Source: an uncultured Candidatus Saccharibacteria bacterium (GTDB taxonomy: Bacteria; Patescibacteriota; JABMPQ01; JAQVVF01). From it: a DNA stretch of 64,000 nt. Location: NCBI GenBank assembly GCA_964574655.1, contig CAZNOH010000001.1, forward strand, positions 535,020-599,019. The letters are read 5' to 3'. Below are positions 57,121-64,000 of this stretch, piece by piece (the stretch's first letter is position 1; each line of letters begins with the position of its first letter). The translations under genes were made by a program, and so were the position numbers. The notes below the pieces were generated by a model, which made no database searches, was not told the origin of the DNA, and saw nothing but the letters and a program-made list of their open reading frames with translations.

Positions 57121-57212
57121 GTTTAATTTTAAATTTTGAATTTAAAATTTTAAATTAATTTCGAAATTAGAATTTTAAAATTTATTTGAAATTTATAATT
57201 TAAAATTAGAGA
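57121..57212. repeat. AATTTTAAA-word palindromic intergenic element
   Basis: aattttgaatttaaaattttaaattaatttcgaaattagaattttaaaatttatttgaaatttataatttaaaatt. Confidence 0.45.
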
Positions 57213-58364
57213 TTATTCAACGACTACTCTTTTAATCAGCGGATTAATGCGTGTCACAATTTCATAATTAATTGTATTGATCTTTTTGGCAATTTCATCA
57301 GCTGTAATATATTCTTTGCCTTGCGTTCCTAATAAAACAACTTCATCTTCAGGCTTAATATTTTTAATGTGACTAACATCTACCACAATCATATTCATAC
57401 AAATACGGCCTAATATTTTGCATCTTCTGCCTTTTATTAAAACATTTCCAATACTTGATAATTTGCGATCAAAGCCATCATTATAACCAATTGGCAAAAT
57501 GGCGATTGTCGAATCTTTATGCAAAGTTTCTGTTAGTCCATAGCTAATTGGTGTTCCTGATTTAAGATTTTTAACTTGAGCGACAATTGTCTTCCAAGAT
57601 AATACAGGCTTGAGATCTAAATTAATCTTTTTGTGAGAAGCTGAAACTTTTGTTTCGCTAGATGACCAGAGACCATACATACTAATCCCAAGTCTTACTA
57701 AATCAAAATGTGTTTCTTGAAATAGTATGGTGGCAGCAGAACAAGCCGTGTGTTTTATTTCAATTTTTTGGCCATATTCTTTTTCTGCGATATTTATTAA
57801 TTGCTTAAAATTATTTAATTGTTTTTCAGCATAAGAATGATCAGTCGTATCTTCGATATTCGCAAAATGAGTAGATGCACCTTCTAAAACTAAATAAGGA
57901 TATTTCTTTATTAACTTTATAATTTTTGATAAATCTTTTTCTAGAACTCCTTGCCTTGATGTACCAGTTTCAAGTTTTATATGCAGATATGCTTTCTTTT
58001 TTAGCTTTGAAGAAAGCTCGCCAAGTTTTTTTATTGTCTCTAAATTATAAACTATTTGTCTAAATTCGTTCTTAACTACTTCAGCTAAACGGCTATAAAC
58101 AGTATATCCTAATATAATAATTTGTTTCTTTGTTTTTTTGCTTTCTTGCTTTATTGCGATTGCTTCATCAATTGAATCAACGCCAAACCAGTCAGCTTCA
58201 GAATTTTCTAAAATTTGGGCAGTTTCTAAAAGACCATGGCCATAGGCATTTGATTTAATTATGGCCGCTAGCTTTTTTTCTTGGCCAATTATTTTTCTGA
58301 ATTGCTTTAGATTAAAAATTAAAGCGCTCTGGCTTATTTCAACCCAGGTTTTGTGATTGATCAT
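57213..58364 (-). CDS. alr: alanine racemase
   Basis: PLP-lysine motif AIIKSNAYGHG; length about 380 aa. Confidence 0.8.
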   Translation of the reverse strand: MINHKTWVEISQSALIFNLKQFRKIIGQEKKLAAIIKSNAYGHGLLETAQILENSEADWFGVDSIDEAIAIKQESKKTKKQIIILGYTVYSRLAEVVKNEFRQIVYNLETIKKLGELSSKLKKKAYLHIKLETGTSRQGVLEKDLSKIIKLIKKYPYLVLEGASTHFANIEDTTDHSYAEKQLNNFKQLINIAEKEYGQKIEIKHTACSAATILFQETHFDLVRLGISMYGLWSSSETKVSASHKKINLDLKPVLSWKTIVAQVKNLKSGTPISYGLTETLHKDSTIAILPIGYNDGFDRKLSSIGNVLIKGRRCKILGRICMNMIVVDVSHIKNIKPEDEVVLLGTQGKEYITADEIAKKINTINYEIVTRINPLIKRVVVE

Positions 58365-59668
58365 CTTTTGATTTCTTTAATTCCGCAATATCCCCACAAA
58401 ACTTCTGGAATTTTTATAGAGCCGTCTTTTTGCTGATTATTTTCCATAATTGCAATCAGGATTCTGCCAATTGCAAAAGCAGTTGCGTCGTTTGTGTGAA
58501 CATATTTATACTCGCCTTTTTCATTTTGATATCTGGTGTTCAGACGGCGAGCTTGATAATCCGTCATTAAGTCTGACGTATGAGTTTCTCGGTATTTATT
58601 TTCACTCGGCAACCAACATTCGATATCAATTTGTCGAGCATCTGGATCTCCCATATCACCTGTGCAAATTTGGACAACCTGATAAGGAAGTTTTAATGAT
58701 TTTACTAAATATTCTTGGATTGCAACAAAAAAGTCTTGTTCTATTTTAGAATTCTCAGAAATCGAAAAACTTTCCATCTCGAGCTTGTCAAACTGGTGAA
58801 CTCTTAGGATGCCTTTTGTATCTTTGCCGTAGCTTCCGGCTTCTCGACGAAAGCTTGTTGAAAAGCCTAAATAACGAAGTGGCAAATTTTTCGCCTGCAA
58901 AACTTTATCTATGTGCATTGGACCAAGAGTATGTTCCGCACTGCCAATTAGGAAAACTTTATCTGAAGGAATATAATAGCGCTCTTCCTGTGGCTCAAGC
59001 CTGGCCATTTTTTCAAATATCTCAGGCCTAATCATGACTGGGGGGATAATCGGAATAAATGGCGTTGCACTATACCCTGGTTTTATACTATCAGCAATTT
59101 CTTTAAGTATTTTGGGGTCTGTAAGTGTTTTTATGGTATGTTGTATGATGGCAAATTCTAGAAGCACAGCTTCACTTTTTAGATAATTAAAACGCGTTCC
59201 AGAAATTTTTCCAGCTGTTTTGACATCAATAATGTCTAGTTTTTCACCAAGGTCAAGATGGTCTTTTGGTTTGAAATCAAATTTTGTCGGCTTGCCTATT
59301 TGGCGAATTGGTTTGTTTTCAGATTCATCTTTGCCAACAGGAACATCTGATAAAGGAATATTTGGAAACTTTAGTAGCATTGTTTTCCATTCTTTTTCCA
59401 TAATAGCAAGCTTGCTCTCGAGATCTTTTAGTCGTTCCGAAGTTCCTTTTATATCAAGAATTGCCTGCTGTTTTTCTAAATCAGATAATTTTGCGATTTT
59501 GTCAGAAGCTTGATTTTTTTTGGCTCTAAGCTCGTCAACTTTTAGTTGAAGACGCCTTTTTTTATTATCGAGATCAATAAAATAGTCCATGTCAAATTTT
59601 TTATTGCGATCTTTGATCGCTTTCATGACTATTTTTTTGTCTTTTCGAATTAAATTAATATCAAGCAT
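58361..59668 (-). CDS. serS: seryl-tRNA synthetase
   Basis: N-terminal coiled-coil (MLDINLIRKD...), class II motifs; overlaps alr by 4 nt. Confidence 0.9.
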   Translation of the reverse strand: MLDINLIRKDKKIVMKAIKDRNKKFDMDYFIDLDNKKRRLQLKVDELRAKKNQASDKIAKLSDLEKQQAILDIKGTSERLKDLESKLAIMEKEWKTMLLKFPNIPLSDVPVGKDESENKPIRQIGKPTKFDFKPKDHLDLGEKLDIIDVKTAGKISGTRFNYLKSEAVLLEFAIIQHTIKTLTDPKILKEIADSIKPGYSATPFIPIIPPVMIRPEIFEKMARLEPQEERYYIPSDKVFLIGSAEHTLGPMHIDKVLQAKNLPLRYLGFSTSFRREAGSYGKDTKGILRVHQFDKLEMESFSISENSKIEQDFFVAIQEYLVKSLKLPYQVVQICTGDMGDPDARQIDIECWLPSENKYRETHTSDLMTDYQARRLNTRYQNEKGEYKYVHTNDATAFAIGRILIAIMENNQQKDGSIKIPEVLWGYCGIKEIKR

Positions 59669-59769
59669 GTTTAAAAATTAAAAATTAAAAAGGAAAAAAC
59701 CTTTGTATCAGTTATAAGGTATAAGAAATTGCCGATTATGTCAAATATTAATTATCTCGCTAACAATCT

Positions 59770-60165
59770 TTATTCTTTTACTTCTTCCATTGCGGTATCT
59801 AATTTTAAGTCCGTAATCAGTCCTGGAAGTTCTTCTAAGAATTCTTTGTCCTCGCTATGAAAGACAATTCCGCCGGCTTTTTCTAATCTTTCTGTATTTG
59901 GATGTTTATAGTCCCATTCGATTCCCTCTAATTCAATATCTTTTGGAACCCAAAGTCGTCCTCTCCTTTCTCTGCCTTCAATCGATTTTAGTTCATCTTT
60001 TATATAGATAGGAACGCGTAACCATTCCTTTTTTGTTACTTGTGCCTGCTCATCTCCTGTAAGCCACCAAATCAGTAAGTTTTTTGGTAATTCTTTATCT
60101 TCTATGGAAAATCCTTCTTCTTCATCTAAGTTAGCTGGATTTTCTCCTTCTTGTTCTATATTCAT
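59770..60165 (-). CDS. hypothetical acidic protein
   Basis: ORF track only. Confidence 0.4.
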   Translation of the reverse strand: MNIEQEGENPANLDEEEGFSIEDKELPKNLLIWWLTGDEQAQVTKKEWLRVPIYIKDELKSIEGRERRGRLWVPKDIELEGIEWDYKHPNTERLEKAGGIVFHSEDKEFLEELPGLITDLKLDTAMEEVKE

Positions 60166-60175
60166 ACTGTGACTA

Positions 60176-60424
60176 TTAATTTAAAAGATTAATTATGCTT
60201 AATTCTTTGGAAATTAATTTAATTGCCTGATTAACTTTTTCTTTTTTTGTTTTTAATAATAACAAGGATTCTTTTTCATCAACAATCTTTCCATCCCACC
60301 AATAGATTGAATTGACCTTTTCTATTATATTAACACAAATTGCTAATTTTTGCTCGATCAATTTCCTGCCAATTTTTCTGGCTTCTTCTAAATTCTTGCA
60401 GGTTGTGTGGATATCGTAGAACAT
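60176..60424 (-). CDS. CutA1-like divalent-cation-tolerance protein, short (N-terminus possibly truncated by the adjacent repeat element)
   Basis: LAICVNIIEKVNSIYWWDGKIVDEKESLLLLKT matches the CutA core (ACvN...S.Y.W.G.i..e.E..L.lKT); the REP-like element abuts the start codon. Confidence 0.45.
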   Translation of the reverse strand: MFYDIHTTCKNLEEARKIGRKLIEQKLAICVNIIEKVNSIYWWDGKIVDEKESLLLLKTKKEKVNQAIKLISKELSIINLLN

Positions 60425-60434
60425 AGATTAGAGA

Positions 60435-60533
60435 TTCTACCTGGCTTTAGCCAGGGGGTTGGTGTGCTTTAGCTCTGGCCGTCGTCGACTTAGGACTAAA
60501 GTCCTTCGACCCTTTGGCTAAAGCCAAGTAGAA
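60435..60533. repeat. REP/MITE-like element copy 3 with left-type terminus at both ends
   Basis: ttctacctggctttagccaggggg ... gaccctttggctaaagccaagtagaa. Confidence 0.6.
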
Positions 60534-60536
60534 GTT

Positions 60537-61136
60537 CTACACGCCTTTAGGCAATGAGTTCGAAAATTTAGTGTTTGGTTTGATATTTGCAAGATCCTTA
60601 ATATTAATAAATCCTTTATTATCTTCTGATAAATCGATTACTGATCTAACTAATTCATGCATTTCTTTATCACTATATTTTTTTGCATAATAACCATAAC
60701 TTGAAAATTTGTTATTTTTTAATTCTTCAAAAGTGCTGACTTCTTTATGCTTTAATAAATTGCCAATAATATAACCAGTAACTCGCCAATCCATGATCTC
60801 GGATGCAATTTGTAAAAGTTTAGTACTCTGCCAAAGCTGTGTTTCTTTTATTACGTGCCAATATTTTTTCTTATACAAGAAAGATGTACCACCATGAAGA
60901 ATCTGTTTGATTTTTGGAATTAATAATCCATTCTTGAGATAAAATTTAATGTGAAAATGATTAATTGCGATGCTATAAGCGCTTATTTTAACATTATATT
61001 TAACTCTTAGTTTTTTGAATTGGTCATAAATGATTTGCTTTTGTTCTGGTTCGCTAAAATATGGAGTGTGTAAAAATGTGGAGGTTGTTAAAAAGTATAT
61101 GCAATCATTTGGCCAATATTGTTTTTGTTTGAACAT
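60537..61136 (-). CDS. putative HuH (Y1) transposase, RAYT-like, flanked by REP-like elements
   Basis: HuH-like motif AINHFHIKF, conserved downstream Tyr candidates, about 200 aa; flanked within 20 bp on both sides by the GCTTTAGC palindromic elements. Confidence 0.45.
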   Translation of the reverse strand: MFKQKQYWPNDCIYFLTTSTFLHTPYFSEPEQKQIIYDQFKKLRVKYNVKISAYSIAINHFHIKFYLKNGLLIPKIKQILHGGTSFLYKKKYWHVIKETQLWQSTKLLQIASEIMDWRVTGYIIGNLLKHKEVSTFEELKNNKFSSYGYYAKKYSDKEMHELVRSVIDLSEDNKGFINIKDLANIKPNTKFSNSLPKGV

Positions 61137-61151
61137 CTTTATAGAGAACTA

Positions 61152-61263
61152 GTGCTAAAGCCCATTAAAAATTTTGTAATCCAAAATTTTTAATCCCCTC
61201 AGCTAAAGCTGGGTAGAATATTTCTACCTGGCTTTAGCCAAGGGGTGTTGGAGCTTTAGCTCC
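61152..61263. repeat. REP/MITE-like element copy 4, circularly permuted (right half - tat - left half)
   Basis: gtgctaaagccc...cagctaaagctgggtagaa + tat + ttctacctggctttagccaaggggtgttggagctttagctcc. Confidence 0.55.
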
Positions 61264-61269
61264 ACGTTG

Positions 61270-61677
61270 TTAAAGCCGAAGTTTCAATTTTGATGATTTA
61301 TATTTTTCTGGTTTAAATGATTTTAATCTAACGGTTTTAGTTTTAAAGCCAAATTCTTTAATCTTGTCCTCTAATTCTTCTGTGTATGAATTTTGATCAT
61401 AGCCTAAAGCGATAATATCTGGTTTTTCCTGCTTAACTATCTTGTACGGATCATCTAAATTGCCTAGCTTTGCTTCATCAACAATTTTCTGATTTTTAAC
61501 ATTTGCTAATCTTTCTTTTTCATTAAATAATGTGCGATGTTTTTTGATCGCGCTAACTGTTTGATCTCGAGCAACGATTACTGTTAGATTATCGCCTAAT
61601 TTCTTTGCTTGCTTGAAAAAATCCAGATGGCCTGGATGCAAAAGATCAAATGTGCCGAAAATTAAAACTTTTTTCAT
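61270..61677 (-). CDS. cytidylyltransferase-like nucleotidyltransferase (HIGH-type; FAD synthetase RibL / GCT-like)
   Basis: IFGTFDLLHPGHLDFF (HxGH nucleotidyltransferase motif), about 135 aa. Confidence 0.6.
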   Translation of the reverse strand: MKKVLIFGTFDLLHPGHLDFFKQAKKLGDNLTVIVARDQTVSAIKKHRTLFNEKERLANVKNQKIVDEAKLGNLDDPYKIVKQEKPDIIALGYDQNSYTEELEDKIKEFGFKTKTVRLKSFKPEKYKSSKLKLRL

Positions 61678-61687
61678 AAATTTATTA

Positions 61688-62872
61688 TTAAGGCTTCATC
61701 CACATTACTAATCTTCTTTTTGTTTTTTCAGCGAAAATTTCTTCAACTTCTTTTGGAGTACCAGGAAGCTTCGGCAACCATAAAACATCTTCGTCTGTAT
61801 GTGTTGCAAGTGCTGTTGCTACTTCTGGAGTCAATTCTTTTAAGCCCTGTAAATTTAGAGCGCCTTTAACTTTTGCCAATTTTTTCGCCATATCAACCGA
61901 TATCGAAGTAAGTCCTGATAAAACTAAAGTACCTTCAATATGAGATAGCCCCTCAGCAACTTCTAATGAAATTTCAGTCAAAGATTCAAGATGCAAATCA
62001 CCTTTTAATTTGCCTAGATGTTCAGCAACTTCATCAGAAATATTTTTTAGCCCTAAACTAAGTTTTTTGTAGGGATTATAAACTAATTTTTTTGCGCTTT
62101 CAGCCGAAAGATCTTCTACTCCCGACAGATATAAAATATGAGTGTTATATTTATAACCGCCAAAACGACCTAATCCTTCAGCAACATCTTCGGGAAGAGT
62201 AGCTAATTTTTCTAAATAAAGATCAGACTCATGTGCTGATAATCTTGCGGCTGCTACTCCAGAAAGAGTGGTTACCCCGTTAAAAAATAGCCTGCTATTT
62301 CTGTTCATTCCAAACCATCTTGCAGCTTCATCAGAAATTTCGGTTAAGCCAGATAACCCTAAGGCACTCATATTACCCTTGTGTCTGGCAAGTCCTCTAG
62401 CAGCGCTGTCAGATAACGAGGTCAAACCCATGAGATTTAAATCTCGATCATGACGACCTAATATGCTCGCTGTCTCATCTGAAATTTCTGTAACTTTTGG
62501 AAATGCAAACCAACGATGGCTGTCAGCAATTATTTGCGCCATTTCTGGCGTAAGAATTGTTAATTCTTCATGATGTTCAAAATTTCTTTGTAGAAATTCA
62601 ATATATAATTTTCCTTTTGCTTTTGCTTCTTCAAGTGTCATTTCAATTCCAACGACATTAATTTTTATTTTGCCTAAAGCTTCATCTAAATTTAAGACAT
62701 CTTGTCCTGTAACTTTTTCATCTCGTTCAATTTTTCCAGTTAAATTGTTTGCAGACTCAATAACTCTTTCTGATTCAGGATTTTTTACAATTTCAAGACC
62801 TTCAACTTTATCTTGTTGAGGTTCTTTGACGTCGGCTAGTTTTTCATCAATTGGTTGTTCTGAATTTGGCAT
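61688..62872 (-). CDS. repeat-containing hypothetical protein (about 24-aa L-x-G-L-x-x-I-S-x-E-x-A repeats)
   Basis: Repeated LSGLTSIS../LQGLKELTPEVA.. units visible in the translation. Confidence 0.4.
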   Translation of the reverse strand: MPNSEQPIDEKLADVKEPQQDKVEGLEIVKNPESERVIESANNLTGKIERDEKVTGQDVLNLDEALGKIKINVVGIEMTLEEAKAKGKLYIEFLQRNFEHHEELTILTPEMAQIIADSHRWFAFPKVTEISDETASILGRHDRDLNLMGLTSLSDSAARGLARHKGNMSALGLSGLTEISDEAARWFGMNRNSRLFFNGVTTLSGVAAARLSAHESDLYLEKLATLPEDVAEGLGRFGGYKYNTHILYLSGVEDLSAESAKKLVYNPYKKLSLGLKNISDEVAEHLGKLKGDLHLESLTEISLEVAEGLSHIEGTLVLSGLTSISVDMAKKLAKVKGALNLQGLKELTPEVATALATHTDEDVLWLPKLPGTPKEVEEIFAEKTKRRLVMWMKP

Positions 62873-62986
62873 CTTTTTAAATTATTATATTTATATTCGC
62901 GTAGGTGACAAATCTTGTTTGTCACCTACCGCCCGCAAACAAGATTTGCGGGGCTACGCGAAAATTGATTACACAAAAATATTATA

Positions 62987-64000
62987 TTATAATACTAAAT
63001 CATCATTAATTTCTTGCATTGCTTTGATAGCTAAAGCAACAAAATCATTTAAACTAATTCCTAATTTCTCTACATCCTGAATATCTTGTCTGCTGATATT
63101 TCTGGCAAAAGATTTTTCTTTCATTTTTTTAATAACTGATTCTGGTTTTAATGATGATAATTTTTTGTCTGGCAAAACTAAAGTTGCAGAGACGATAAGA
63201 CCGCTAAGCTGTTCTGATGCTGACAAAGCAAAATCTAAATCTGTTTTTTTAGTTATTCCTGTATTTTCATAATTATGAGATTTAATAGCATCAATCATAT
63301 CTTCCGGTACATCATATTCGTCTAAAATATCTGCAGTCATCAAAGCATGCTTTTCTGGAATATTTTTTGTTTGATCAAAATCTAAATCATGAACTAGTCC
63401 AGTAATTCCCCAAGCTTCTTCTGGTTTATTTAATTTCTTGGCTAGTCCTTTCATGATTGCCTCTGATGCCAAACAATGTTTTATTAAATTTTCTGTTTTG
63501 ATATTTTGCTTTAACAACTCCCAAGCTGTTTTTCGGTCAATGACTGAATCTAAATTTTTGACTTCTTCAACATCAGAAGATTTTTTTGATTCTGCTTTAA
63601 CCTCTTGTCCTTTTTTTTCAGGACGCATTAATGGGAAGAAAATTACATCCCTAATATTTTCTGAATTTGTTAAAATTGCAAATAAACGATCAATACCAAC
63701 TCCAAATCCAGCTGTTGGAGGCATGCCATATTCCAAAGATTCTACAAAATCCTCATCCATCATTTGTGCTTCTGTATCGCCTTCTCTGCGTAATTTTGCT
63801 TGCTCTTCGAATCGCTGTCGTTGATCTAATGGATCATTTAATTCTGAAAAACCATTGCCTAATTCTGATCCGGCGATTAAAACTTGGAGACGTTGAGTTG
63901 TATTTTGATTTTCTTCATTCTTTTTGGCAAGTGGTGAAATCGCAACTGGCTGGTTGATTAAAAAGCATGGCTGTATTAATGATGGCCTGACTGTTTTTTT
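62987..64000 (-). CDS. lysS: lysyl-tRNA synthetase (5' end outside the window) with a C-terminal HD-domain extension
   Basis: Frame stays open to the window edge and reads ...GSELGNGFSELNDP...EYGMPPTAGFGVGIDRLFAILT (class II motif 2/3 region of LysRS), followed by about 170 aa containing H...HD-type motifs (LIKHCLASEAIMKGLA...GLVHDLDF). Confidence 0.75.
   Translation of the reverse strand, partial: KKTVRPSLIQPCFLINQPVAISPLAKKNEENQNTTQRLQVLIAGSELGNGFSELNDPLDQRQRFEEQAKLRREGDTEAQMMDEDFVESLEYGMPPTAGFGVGIDRLFAILTNSENIRDVIFFPLMRPEKKGQEVKAESKKSSDVEEVKNLDSVIDRKTAWELLKQNIKTENLIKHCLASEAIMKGLAKKLNKPEEAWGITGLVHDLDFDQTKNIPEKHALMTADILDEYDVPEDMIDAIKSHNYENTGITKKTDLDFALSASEQLSGLIVSATLVLPDKKLSSLKPESVIKKMKEKSFARNISRQDIQDVEKLGISLNDFVALAIKAMQEINDDLVL

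Noticed and set aside
1-64000. Alternative genetic code (UGA=Gly, code 25) as sometimes seen in small-genome lineages
   Set aside because: Conserved genes (metK, typA, dnaB, serS and others) are full length with standard stops and show no in-frame TGA-split pattern.

Overview
The window is visibly AT-rich, roughly one-third G+C by eye, with compact genes, weak Shine-Dalgarno sequences and two tRNAs; by gene content it looks like a small-genome CPR/Patescibacteria-like bacterium, which is an inference. The recognisable backbone is a cell-envelope polysaccharide cluster (ugd, galE-like epimerase, rmlA/rmlD/rmlB/rmlC-like, HIT, four GT4 glycosyltransferases, an O-antigen-ligase-like membrane protein, Wzz-like, GtrA-like) and housekeeping genes (metK, typA, dnaX, cysS, dnaB, ybaB, recR, rplU, MraY/WecA-family transferase, murI, alr, serS, and a lysS whose 5' end lies outside the window). 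Several things sit on top of that backbone and are not ordinary. (1) A roughly 1.9 kb block at about 16560-18480 that is about two-thirds G+C by eye, with two strong-RBS genes for diderm-type secreted or outer-membrane-like proteins, next to tRNA-Leu, a hairpin-disrupted partial copy of that tRNA's 3' end, and nested inverted repeats. (2) At least six dispersed expression cassettes of intermediate G+C, each with a near-consensus sigma70 promoter, a GGAGG-type RBS, often a 5'UTR hairpin, and its own terminator; they encode ORFans plus a LOG/TIGR00725-like protein and a receiver-like protein. (3) A RAYT-like HuH transposase gene flanked by REP-like GCTTTAGC palindromic elements, with further copies elsewhere; one copy supplies the stop codon of a flavoprotein gene. 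(4) Intergenic spacers filled with long imperfect palindromes built from low-complexity 'word' families, several sharing a TGACG-type loop core, plus two further dispersed repeat families (GTCATTCCGA...GGAATGAC and ACGCAGAA). (5) Recurrent GC-rich CCNGCC-N-GGCNGG mini-hairpins showing covariation. (6) Notable gene architectures: LysRS with a C-terminal HD domain, a membrane-anchored ClpB-like D1-only ATPase, an ATP-grasp/KamA operon, and tandem paralogous small membrane proteins. No CRISPR array or rRNA was seen.
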